Shown here in pieces: positions 12,013 to 23,310 of a DNA stretch of 64,000 nucleotides (the first letter of the stretch is position 1; each line of letters opens with the position of its first letter). The stretch covers positions 10,669,950 to 10,733,949 of the forward strand of contig NC_068992.1 of the NCBI RefSeq assembly GCF_001194135.2, written 5' to 3'. The stretch comes from Octopus bimaculoides. Taxonomy: Eukaryota. The position numbers and the translations under genes were made by a program. The notes beneath the pieces are model-generated. The model was not told the origin of the DNA. It worked only from the letters and a program-made list of their open reading frames with translations, and did not search any database.

Positions 12013-12756
12013 GCACATATGTTTTTATATGTAAGAAAATTGCAATATATTAAATCATGATTTTCATGTGTGTACTAAATTGTATTTTCCGCTACTTTCA
12101 CTTTCACTCTAACAATATAATGCTTATATCAATTTATTTCTCATTTTCTCCATCCTACTTTCTTTTTATGAAAAAATACTTTTTACTTTATTTTATTAGC
12201 AACTCATTGGTTAGGAATAAATACTTGCTTGTTACATTACACTTATTGGGATTTAATGTAAATCTTAATTTAGAATTTGACAAATTAGAGATCAATAAAA
12301 TAAACACTATGATATAATTATCTAAGCCCTTAACAGTGTTGCTCCAGCTTGGCCACAATCCAATGATTCAACTCAGTAAATGAGCGAAATAATAAATGAG
12401 TGCAAAAGTAATTAAACCTTGTTTATGTCGTTAATTGTTTTTTTTTAGATATCTACCTCTTGTACAGTAACTAATTAATGAAAGAGTAAGAGAACTTTCA
12501 ACTGGGCATTTGACCAGCTAAAAATTCCAGCCATATCTCTTTCAATCACATTTTGGTGGATTAGCAGAATTAGTTGAGCATCAGACTAAATGTCCGTGGC
12601 ATTAAGTTATAAAACTTTTCATACTGAGTTCAAATCTTACCAAGGTCAACTTCACCTTTTACCCTTCCAGGGTTCATCAAGATCTTGTTGAGCCATTGGT
12701 CTGAATATTGGCTCCCTTGCAAAAGTGTCAAGCAGTTAATCTTAGTGAAATATCGA

Positions 12757-12957
12757 TTTCAAATTTTGGCACAATGCCAGCAATTTCAGGGCAAGGGTTA
12801 AGTTGATTACATTGCTCATCGGGTACTTATTTTATCAATCCCAGAAGGATGAACGGCAAAGTTGACCTCGGTGGAATTTGAACTCAGAATGTAAAGACAG
12901 ACGAATTACTGCTAAGCATCTTGCCTGGAGTGCTACCAAATCTGACAACTTGCCTTA
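12757..12957 (-). mobile_element. SINE family B (tail B2)
   Basis: tttcaaattttggcacaatgccagc...gggtacttattttatc...gaaggatgaacggcaaagttgacctcggtggaatttgaactcag...ctaagcatcttgcc. Confidence 0.8.
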
Positions 12958-13201
12958 AAATTCATACTTTATAGTATTGATGTTTTATCAGATTTTAATG
13001 TATTTTGATAAATATTTTTAAATCTAAAGAAATTGTGTGTGTGGCTAAAGTGCCTTGCTTTGTACCTTCAGCACTTGATTGAGCTATTGGGTTGCTGACT
13101 TGACATAGGATATGAAGTTGATCAAATAATTCTCTTAAACTTTGGTAACTTTTAATTCTGCTTTTTAAGATTAAAATATTTGCATTTATTTGGAGAATTT
13201 A

Positions 13202-13205
<4 letters not shown>

Positions 13206-13272
<67 letters not shown>
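13206..13272. repeat. (GT)n microsatellite
   Basis: About 33 perfect GT units. Confidence 0.95.
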
Positions 13273-13273
<1 letters not shown>

Positions 13274-14289
13274 CAAGAATGGGTATAAAAGAGACAACTT
13301 CTATATTTGCATCATGTTGTATTGTTGTTGTTGCTCCTGTATAGCCTTAGGTTAGTATTGATTGAGGTGATCTGTGATCAAAAGTGTTCTAGAGCTATAG
13401 TAGATGGTACTTGCCTAAGGTGCTATGCAGTGGGATTGAACCTGAAACTATCTGGTTAGGAAGGAAACTTCTCACCACACAGCCATACCTTTTCCCTGTT
13501 TTTTTTTTTTTTAATGCAACAGAACAATTATGATCTTTCACTGTAATATATTGGTCATATACCGATGCATTTCCTCTTAATTCTCTTCAACTAACAGAAG
13601 TTATTTTCCTAGGAATTTATCATATTTACAATACAATTACTAATTAATGCAACATTCTCTATTATATTCTCTAGGAATTATTCAAATTTCTAATATTTTA
13701 CATATTGTGTGAAGTTTCCTTAGAATTCCATATGGATTCTATCAAAATCCATTGTCATTTACTATATCAGGAAAAGTCGCTGTTGCATATAGACAAAAAT
13801 AGTTTAATTCTATGTAACTAAATTTTATAAATTTCACAATACATATTCAATTATTGATGTATGAATAATATCTATATGACTGTCGTGAACAAAAATAAAA
13901 CTTCAGAATGCGGAAATATAGTGAGAATTAATAGATTTGGTTTTACATATGAAATACAAAATATTTTAACCTTAGTTGAGAGTTTGTTAGCCAATTCCAA
14001 ATATACACATGTATGCAGATGGAAGTATAGCTGTGTGCGTAAGAAGCTTGCTTTGTAACCATGTAGTTTTGTGTTCAATTTGGCCAAGTACCTTCTATTA
14101 TAGCCCCAAGCAAACCAATGCCTTATGAGTGCATATAAGTTGAACTTTGAAAATTTGAGCATTCATATATTATTGGAGAAGAATATTACTAATCGGATTC
14201 TTTTGATGGCATTCACCATTGAATTACAAAGTTTGAGTGGAACCATACCAATAAAAGGTGGCAGCTGAAACTATTTTAATATATGCCTC

Positions 14290-14840
14290 CATTTCCCAGT
14301 CATGTGGTTTTGGGTTCAGTGCTACTGCACAGCATCTTGGACATGGGTGTTGTACAATAATCCTGGATCAACAAAGATCTAGAAGTGGATTTAGTAGATG
14401 GAAAAATGAAAGATCATTTGTTTTTTATCCTTAGGTCAGGAGGGAAAGCAATGTCCATGATCTTTTACAGAGTTACTCTCTATCTGTGAATTTGGTTGAA
14501 AGAAATATGTGTGTGTGTGTGTGTGTGTTCATGTCTCCTTAGTATCATGTAGCAGTTATTAGCAAACACCACAGTGAAACATGTGGTGACATTCATTTGA
14601 AGTCTTCCATGGAAACATGTCTGGCCATGGTGCAATTTGTGTTTGACAGACTAGGGGAATCCTTACTTTGCTGGGAAACAAGGGTTGGCATCATGTCACA
14701 AAGGACGTCTGGATGTAGAAAATCTACAGCAAAAGAATTCATCTGACTCAAGCAACCATAGAAAGGCAGAAGATATTATGTTGATGGCTACAACAATGAT
14801 GATGACGATAATGATGACGACGACAACGATGATGATGATG
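14290..14840 (+). mobile_element. SINE family A head + (GT)n + RTE-like tail A2 (degenerate composite)
   Basis: Head tttcccagtcatgtggttttgggttcagtgctactgc; tail aacatgtctggccatgg...gtagaaaatctacagc...gcaaccatagaaagg then (GAT)n. Confidence 0.6.
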
Positions 14841-15649
14841 ATGGAAAGACAACTCAATTTAAATTTATCATTTATTATCATTATTTTATTTTCTTTCGAT
14901 TAATGGAAGTAATATTTCCAATATGTGTTCGAAATAGAAATTCTGAGGGAAATTTCAAATTGGTTTCATCGATTACATCTAGCTAATAGTATCATTGAAA
15001 GATAAACATCTATCTTTTTTAGAAACATACACCAAATATTGCTTAAATGGTTTATCTGCTATAATAAATCATTCGTGTAACCTACAGAAAAGTATTTTGC
15101 ACACAGCCACAATAAAAACCAGGAATATTTGGCAATCTAATGATTCCTTTACAGAATGACACTTTAGTTTTTATTCATAATGTGACCTTACCAGTAATAG
15201 ATAAGCTATGAGGTGTGAATATTGGTAAATAAGTCAACTAAAATAATTCTTTATTTCTGGAAGATAAATGATGTTTTGAACATTATAATTAGCCATTTGA
15301 TTTTCTCTCATAGAAAGGTTATATTAAACGAAAACCACATTTGAGTAAATTTTGCTATATTTTCTCTTTTTATTCCTTAATATTTTATTGGATGATGAAT
15401 TCTGGATGATTTTATTCCAAGATTACTGGTATTAACTCTTTGGAATCCTGATATATTGGTAATTTCTAATGTCTTTTAAAACAGTTTTAAAAGCATTTAA
15501 ATGATCCATATTGAATGAATAAGTGACAACTTATTTAAATATAAGTAAGAATAGTTATCTGAAAATAAGCAATTTTAAAAGAATATTGAATTTCAATTTT
15601 GCTTAAGGTGCAACATTTCTCAAGGAATATTTTGAAAAAGCCTATTTAC

Positions 15650-15850
15650 ATAGAAATCAGAAATATAGTGTTGTGATGAAAGTTTTGCCCATTCAAAATG
15701 TGGGCATGAAGGTAAAAACAATACCAATAATAATTGGAGCATTGGGCATGATAAGAAAAACCAAACAAAAACGTAGAAGCTATTCCTAGATCCTCAACTC
15801 TACACACTGTCCAAAAAAATAGCCCTGCTAGGAACAGTCCACATCCTAAC
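15650..15850 (+). mobile_element. R4/Dong-like (restriction-like endonuclease) LINE, C-terminal fragment
   Basis: Translation QKYSVVMKVLPIQNVGMKVKTIPIIIGALGMIRK, then after a frameshift AIPRSSTLHTV.KKIALLGTVHIL*; matches REL-domain pattern KY..L..E...W.....IP.IIGALG...QK.ALLGT.HIL. Confidence 0.75.
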
Positions 15851-15967
15851 TGATAGAGCAAAACACTGAGTGAAAAGTCTCTGATGTCACATATAGCTGT
15901 TAGGCTGAATAAAAGTTCATTGTTGGTGATGGAAACAGTATTAGTTCAAAATAGTAATCTGTATATC

Positions 15968-16190
15968 ATACTTAAAGCAGCCAAATTTTTGAAAGTCTGC
16001 TACAATGTGCTATTCGTCTCAAGAAAGCATCCCTTTTAGACATATAGTGCTAAAAAACTCAGAAATATATGAGCAGCAGATAAACAACTATAGTTTTTTT
16101 CTTTTTAACACTATATGTCTAAAAGAGATACTTTCTTGAGATGAACATTACAGTTTAGCAGGCTTTCAACAATAGAGATGTTTTAAGTAT
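15968..16190. mobile_element. Foldback / MITE-like inverted repeat (about 90-bp arms, about 45-bp spacer)
   Basis: GAAAGTCTGCTA...TCTCAAGAAAGCATCCCTTTTAGACATATAGTGCTAAAAA (15991-16056) pairs with TTTTTAACACTATATGTCTAAAAGAGATACTTTCTTGAGA...TAGCAGGCTTTC (16102-16167); ATACTTAAA / TTTAAGTAT at outer ends. Confidence 0.75.
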
Positions 16191-17100
16191 CAGGCATAGG
16201 CTTTAATGGGATTTGATTACAGAAAACAAACACCTGGAACAAATACCAGAAGGTATCTGGTTTGACAACCTTCATACAGTTTTATTGATGCTAAAAGGAT
16301 GAAAGGCAGACTTTGATAGGACTGAACTCGATACAAGCACAGTTAGATGCACACACACATGTACACAAACACACACACACACACACACACACATGTATAC
16401 AAACACACACACATGTATACAAACACACACAAAAACACATGGACTTATGGTTATGTTTAAATCTGCAGGTATAGAGATTCACATAACAACATCACAGTAG
16501 TTTAGAGGAATATAATGTTGTGTTTTCTTTAAGACATTTTCTTTGTACTCTGTTTCCAGATTGGAATAGACTTGTTGCTATAGAAATACTATACTTTGTA
16601 ATTAATGCATTTGCTAATCAATCTTGTCAAAGTAGACATTAATTAGTAAGCATTAATTCATGAGTAAGTTATAGTTATAGAGCATATATATTTTTCGTAT
16701 ACAATAGATTTTTAAAATACAAAGCAGATTGAATAAAGATTTACCTTATTATCATTTTCATCATTCTTCTTGTTTGATCTCTTCACATGCATTAACTGAT
16801 AACTGATTCTATTAGAATTTGCTATAACTTCGGGTTCTTTTACATGAAGAATGGTGTCTAGATTAAATCTAAATTTTATTCGTCAATTAAAACAATTGAA
16901 ATGACTATGTTTTTATCAAATTATATTAACCATAATTTCAGAAACATAAATATAGAATTATACCACTTTCTCAAAATCTCATATAAATTAATGTTTCCAT
17001 TTTTGTTTTTAGTTTGCAAGAATCTTGATGTAAGATGATGAGTTGGAATGGATNNNNNNNNNNTATATATATATGTATACACACATACACGCGCACACGC

Positions 17101-17137
<37 letters not shown>

Positions 17138-17973
17138 TACATATACATCTATCATATAAATCCTGTTCTGTGTGTGTGTGTGTAAAAAATTATAACTGCT
17201 GTATTTTTCAGCTGATTGTGCTGAAATTTTACACATAGGTAAAAGACGTTACAGTGGGAGCATCAGTTAAATTTCATGAAAGAACATATGTGATTGCAGT
17301 AAAAATTGATATCATTCTAGAATGAACTGTACTGGAACATGTGCAGCCAGGCGTTTCATTCTGTGCTTAATAAATAAGCTGACACAAAAGAGTAAGAAGA
17401 CAAGGCAATTATTTTGAATAAGTAAAAATGAAATAAAATATTAACTTTAACGAATAAATGGCACTAATTGGCAATCAATCAACTCTGTGAATATTTTGTC
17501 ACAGCAAAATTCAATTGACAGTAGAAAATGACAAATTGATTGATAGTTAAACGTGGAAATTTGGGTGACGAATATCTAAAACTTTAGCTAACAGTTTCTT
17601 ATATAGGACAAAAAATGAGCTGTATTTTTCAAAAATTGTGTGACTCATATGATTTGACATGTACATGCCCATTATTTATTCTTTAATTCCAATTTATGAA
17701 GAAGGAATATTAGTATCAACATTTCAAATTATGAGGCATTTTTTTATCAGTAAGCATAATTGAATGGTATTTTGGCAGATTCTTCTTATCATTTTTATGA
17801 ATTTTACAGATCAAATTCATCAGTTACATTCCAACGAAAGCACTATTTGGTCGGTTCTGGTAGCTTATTCATCCACAAGTTTTGCTTCTTTATCGATCAA
17901 CATCGCATATTGCTGAACCCTATATCCCACTTGAAGTTTTCCGGTTTGTATTCAATTACAGATTTTTGATAGG

Positions 17974-19042
17974 TTGCCTCGCAAAAGCAAGAGTCACATT
18001 GGCAGGAAAACAAAAAGTGCTTCCATTTTGCATTCCCTGTGGGCAAACGAGACAGATGAACAATGTGTGCCTTGGCGCGCTTTCAATGCTGCTTCTTCTG
18101 AAGCCACCAGAGAATCACAGACAGCTCAGCAAAAAGAACTCTGACGTGTTCCTGATGTTGCCTCTACTTCGAATAGCTGTGCTTTAGAGACTGTTGAACA
18201 AAGGGTCACAAGGCTTGGGCCTGATTCTCAACGTAAAATGCATTCTCATGTCTTTTAGAAGGTTTCTTCCTGTTGCTGGTCTAACAAAGCCTTTCATTAC
18301 AGCTCCCATGAGGACTATGCATCACACCCACATGTCATCATTGGCAACATGTCTACAGTTTGTGTCTATTGTAATGCAATGAGGTGACCAGTAGAATCTA
18401 CCAGTATATTTTGCTCCAATGGAACAGTTAGCTTACTTCATTTACAAGTTGGTGCCAAACCTTTGAAGTCCCTGCTGCTTGGAGACCATCCAAATTCTAA
18501 TAACTTTTTTTTGGAATATTAGAGCCTACAATTCCACCTTCCAAATGACAAGCTTTGGTCATACACCAGTAAGAGATGGAAATTATATCCCCACCTTCAA
18601 AGTACAAGGCCAAATTTACCACCAAATTGGCTCCCTTATTCCACAAGATGGCGATGAACACAGCTTTCTCAAAATTTACTTTATGGGGAACAGACCTGAG
18701 GAAATTGCATGAAGTGCTTCAGTTGTTACAGGAACAAGACCATCTCTTCTGCAGCCCCTTCAGTATATGCTTCATACCATAAACCCCTATGTAACCCTTT
18801 TCAAAATTGCTCTTCAGGGTAGAAATGCTAACACCGATCAGTTTAAGGTGACTGCATTCAACCAGGGCAGCATCAGGGTTGCTTGAACAAACCCCAAACC
18901 GACAAAGTTATGGTGCTTATAACAAGTCTCAATGAGTGTGCTTCAAACCATGATATTGTTCTTGAATGGCAAGACTCACACCTTCAAAAAAATAAATTAA
19001 CTTCATCCTACGTATGATGCCCTCCAATATCCATTACTGTTC
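17974..19042 (+). pseudogene. Helitron Rep/helicase ORF, N-terminal region (degenerate)
   Basis: Manual translation LPRKSKSHIGRKT...AFHYSSHEDYASHPHVIIGNMSTVCVYCNAMR*PVESTSIFCSNGTV...KPLKSLLLG/NIRAYNSTFQMTSFG...PTFKVQGQIYHQIGSLIP...FLKIYFMG...LQYMLHTINPYV...HDIVL...YDALQYPLLF; all are typical Helitron N-terminal blocks; stops and frameshifts. Confidence 0.9.
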
Positions 19043-19179
19043 ATTACTGTTCATGCATGCATGCATGCATGTATGTATGTGTGTATGTATGTATGCATGT
19101 ATGTATATATGTATGTATGTATGTATGCATGCATGCATGTATGCATGTATGTATGTATCCATCTATCTATCTAACTGCG

Positions 19180-19325
19180 ACAGGCTTCTTTCAGTTTCCA
19201 TCTACCAACCAAATTCAAACACAAGGCTTAGGTCAACCCAGTACTATCGTAGGTACCATACAGAAGTACTGAACTCAGAAACAAGTTTTTGGGAAGCAAA
19301 CTTCTGACCATACAGCCATGCTTTA
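19180..19325 (-). mobile_element. SINE family A head
   Basis: caggcttctttcagtttccatctaccaaccaaattc...caaggcttaggtcaaccc...cttctgaccatacagccatg is the reverse complement of the A head. Confidence 0.65.
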
Positions 19326-19565
19326 TAAACCTGTACAACCCACAGTGACATGTACACTAAAATATAAAAGTAGGTTGAAATGATGATGATGATGATGACG
19401 ACGACGATGATGATGAGGACGATAATGTTGAGGGAATTCAGCTAAATAGTTTTAGGCAGGATGATTTTTTTGATTTTTTTTTTTCTGGAAGGAATTAATC
19501 CAATGACTTCAGTGATAANNNNNNNNNNAAGGAATTAATCCAATGACTTCAGTGATAAGTATTCG

Positions 19566-19621
<56 letters not shown>

Positions 19622-20402
19622 TAATTAGTAATAATGACAATAATACCACCACCACCACCACCACTAACAAAAACAGCAACATTTTACTAGATTAGAGTTT
19701 CAATTTTTGCAACCAATTCTGTATGCAAAGCTTGAATTCTATGTTCGAAAGACTCAAATTGAAATTTATAACTTAGATAATGCTGCCTTGATGTATTTTC
19801 TATAGAAATTATTCTGACAAGCACCTAAATTATTCACATCTAACTTCTACTCTACAACTCAGCTGAAACCATGAAAAGCCCATCCTAGATATTTGCAACA
19901 TAATTAGTATTTCTTCAGTAACTACTACTATTAGTGCTTCATATTATTGTTGTTGTTGTTATTGTTATTGTTGCTGTTTTCATTATACTGTTGTAATCAA
20001 ATTTCAGTGTAAATGACGGAAAAACCACAGTTTCAGTTATCTAATATTAGATGAAGTACTTCAGTACTAATTTCTCCTTTAGATTTACGCTTACATTTCA
20101 GTCTGTTCCGATAAACTGCCAGTGATTAAGCCAAGATGTTAACATAACCATAAAATATACATACCTGTAATAATCAGGAAACAAATAACTAACTGACAAT
20201 GGATGTTCTTTATCCTTCAGCAATTTGTTTTCCCTCTCCCTGTCTACCAATGTATTACCATTGCAACCATCAACACCCTCACCTCCACTGCCAATACTCT
20301 CAACTCCACCACGACCACTGCCGCCACCGCTGCCACCACCACCACCATGACCATGACCAAGCAATAATTATCTTCAGGTGCTTCCAACATGTTTTATATA
20401 TG

Positions 20403-20436
<34 letters not shown>

Positions 20437-20537
20437 NNNNNNNNNNNNNNNNNNNNNNNNNNNNNNNNNNNNNNNNNNNNNNNNNNNNNNNNNNNNNNNN
20501 NNNNNNNNNNNNNNNNNNNNNNNNNNNNNNNNNNNNN

Positions 20538-20570
<33 letters not shown>

Positions 20571-20576
<6 letters not shown>

Positions 20577-20831
20577 TCACTGTCTGGAATCGAACTCGGA
20601 ATCTCAGGGTTAGTAGTCCGCGCTCTTAACCACTACACCATATGCCCTTGGACAATTGTGGAGTGAATTTTAGGGTTTATAATTCTAATATTTTTCTATC
20701 CTTCCTTAAAATATTAGATTTATAAGCCCTAAAATTCACTCTATAATTGTCCACAGGTATATGACATAGTGGTTAAGAGCGTAGGCTACTAACTTCAAGA
20801 TTCTGAGTTTGATTCCAGGCAGTGACCTGAA
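20571..20831. mobile_element. Palindromic element: two divergent tRNA-like heads (124-bp arms, 13-nt spacer) with (AAT)n tails
   Basis: 20571-20694 is the reverse complement of 20708-20831 with 20 mismatches and no gaps (my count, about 84%). Each arm has A-box-like TGGTGTAGTGG / TGACATAGTGG and B-box GTTCGATTCC / GTTTGATTCC. Confidence 0.85.
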
Positions 20832-20841
20832 TAATGATCAT

Positions 20842-20872
<31 letters not shown>

Positions 20873-20933
20873 TCGGAAAATACCACAGGACTCAGAACCC
20901 AGGTTTGAAATTTCCCCAAGACACCTGATGAAG

Positions 20934-21005
20934 GCATTACTTGAAGAAAATCTTGCATTATCAGTTGAAGAATTGTCAATAAAGCTTAGTTCAAACCATA
21001 CAACT
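20934..21005 (+). mobile_element. short mariner transposase fragment (second HTH)
   Basis: Translates ALLEENLALSVEELSIKLSSNHTT, like the mariner region L.ALLE.NP..T..ELA..L...H.TV that follows the GRP motif. Confidence 0.55.
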
Positions 21006-22299
21006 GAATCATTTCACTAACAGGACGCACCCCAGTTTCTGAGTAAAGTCATTGCTTGAATATGTAATGGAATATTCATATATTTCACATTACAGCCTTT
21101 TATAGTTTTGAACATTGTTCACAAGCCCATCACTATTACTTTTGTGGACCAGCAAGGGACTGCAGGCCCCAAACTGGGAACCATTTTTCAAGGGTCAATT
21201 GCCTTACAAATTCATGACCTTTGTTACAATGTTGGAGAACTGCATTAATGAATGATGATAAAGTTACCATATAGTTCTCTGTATATTGAGACAGAGCAAT
21301 GCTTATACAGTAGAATTAAATTATGCATCAATACATTCCCTATATAGAAGAGGCATGAAAGCCACCAAATTATAAGGTGTTAAATTATTTGCCCATTGAT
21401 CGAAATGAGATCTACTGCAAGCATTTTGTTGTGTTTCTGAGCAAAAATCTTTTTACCCACATACTTAGCTATTGTAAATATATACCAAATAATGTGAGAA
21501 TGACATCTGAGATAGACTGGCATCCTAGCCAGGAGTAGCTTAATTTCTCCTCTGTCTTGTCTCATGAAACTAAAGTTAAACATTAGCTTTGTACAGCACC
21601 AAGGGAAAGCATTCATATCATTATATTAATTGCATTCATTCCTTATTCCCTAAGGCATCTTTCAAATTTTATTATTTTATTTTCATTACTGCATACGTGG
21701 TTTAATTTCTTGAGTGGCATGAAACGTTTTTTTGAAAATTCAGTGATAGTAGTAGTAGGCAGATTATCTTTCACAAGAGAATTCTGATATGGAGAGATTT
21801 AGAAAGAAAAAAAAAAGGAGAATGAGGCGAGGTGGGGAGAACAGAGGGAATAGAGAGGTGTGGTGATTGAGACGTGGAAGAAGTAATGGATTCTTAGCTC
21901 TCTGTAGAAGAGAGATGACTAATACAGGAATAATTGAATCTCAGTTTGCATCCACGATGCATCTGTGCATGTGAACAAATAAAAAAGATAGTTGTTATCT
22001 GGACAGGAAGAAAAAATTTCAGAGCAAAGAACTACATTGATTCGTAAGGGCCAGATTTAATTATATGACTAAATCAATTCAGCTGTAATTAGTTACAGTG
22101 AGGAGCTACAGCTAACTGATCACATTAAATCATTGTTCTAAACAAAAGCTGTTGACAGTTGATAGTATCTGAGAGGTGAGCCCCAAAAGAATATTCTCAG
22201 CTGCTCTCCAAAAGCTCTGGGTGAGGGGCACTACTTCTAGCACAATGCCTCGTCACTGAAGTTCATAGTCACCACCATCTGCAGTAGGGCTAGCAATTG

Positions 22300-22960
22300 T
22301 ATCACTGCTAAATGAAGAAGATCATGACTTTTGCCAAGGCTGAGAGAAGCTAATGTCAGCTGCTAACAGCACCTGCACTGACCAATTAACAATGGACAAG
22401 ACTGGAAGATGAAAGCTGACCAGAGAAAGCAACAAAAGTTCTCAGAAACTGTAGCATCAACAGACCAAGACCAGGCATAATGCTGAACTCAGAAACTTCC
22501 ACACGGGTCACCCTATTAGAACTCAGTGTTTCCTGAGAGAACTGAAGTGAGAAGGCCAATGGGAAAAAGACAATGAACCGTGTTGAATGGTGGAAGAACG
22601 CTGAAACAATGAGCAGTGGGGAGGTGCTTGCCTATTAAAATGAAATGCAGATAATTCACATAGCAGTCCCTCTGCAAAGGTCACAAGCTGGGCATCACAG
22701 GGGTTAAAAGGTGAAAAACTATCAACTTTGGTCTCCAAGAAGTTGAAGTTGCCTCAGTGTGGTTATGAAACAACAGATTGTTGAAGTAGTGCGTCTGAAC
22801 TCAAGTTGAGGCTTGATCAATGCTGTCTGCTTGATTTGGGTGAAAGTATCTGATTGCTGAAAGACCCAGCACACCCAATCATCCTAGATAACAACACCAA
22901 TAATATATCCAGGTGCATCATGTTTTGATGCAAAATAACAAATTCTAGGAATATAAATAT
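22300..22960 (-). mobile_element. highly degraded LINE 3' region, possibly CR1/L2/Jockey-like
   Basis: Locally higher GC; minus-strand fragments IKPQLEF and G.LCELS...RVTRVW weakly resemble CR1-group C-terminal IRP.LEY...G.CS.EL...RT..LWN. Weak. Confidence 0.3.
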
Positions 22961-22999
22961 TCCTAAATTATCGTAGAGTATCCCTTGTCTTGCAAGTTA

Positions 23000-23310
23000 T
23001 CTTGTGACTCTGCTGGTACTGGTGCCTGTAAAAAGCATCCAGTCCACACTGTGAAGTGGTTCACATTTGAAAGGGCAGCCAGCTGTAAAAACCATGCGAA
23101 AACTGATCTCATCTATGCTGGTGCTACATAAAAAGCCCTCAGTTCACTCTGTGGGGTGGTTGGTGTTAGGAAAGGCATCCAGCCATAAAAAACATTCCAA
23201 AACAGATAAAGTAGCCTGGTATAGTCTTCTAACTGGTCAGCTCCTGTCAAACCATCCAACCCATACCAGCATGGAAGGCAGACTTTAAGCAATAGCAATG
23301 ATAATGATGA
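23000..23310 (+). mobile_element. RTE-type LINE 3' tail family (R) copy
   Basis: ggtgcctgtaaaaagcatccagtccac...ttaggaaaggcatccagccata...ccatccaacccataccagcatggaaggcagac then (GAT)n-like tail; internal subrepeat. Confidence 0.7.

Noticed and set aside
19488-19558. 30-bp direct repeat AAGGAATTAATCCAATGACTTCAGTGATAA around a 10-N gap; similar cases at about 45080-45155 and 530-555
   Set aside because: Identical sequence on both sides of a placeholder gap indicates overlapping contig ends, an assembly artefact.
20571-20831. Functional tRNA genes in the palindrome or in SINE heads
   Set aside because: No closed acceptor stem; A/B boxes only, so called tRNA-derived.
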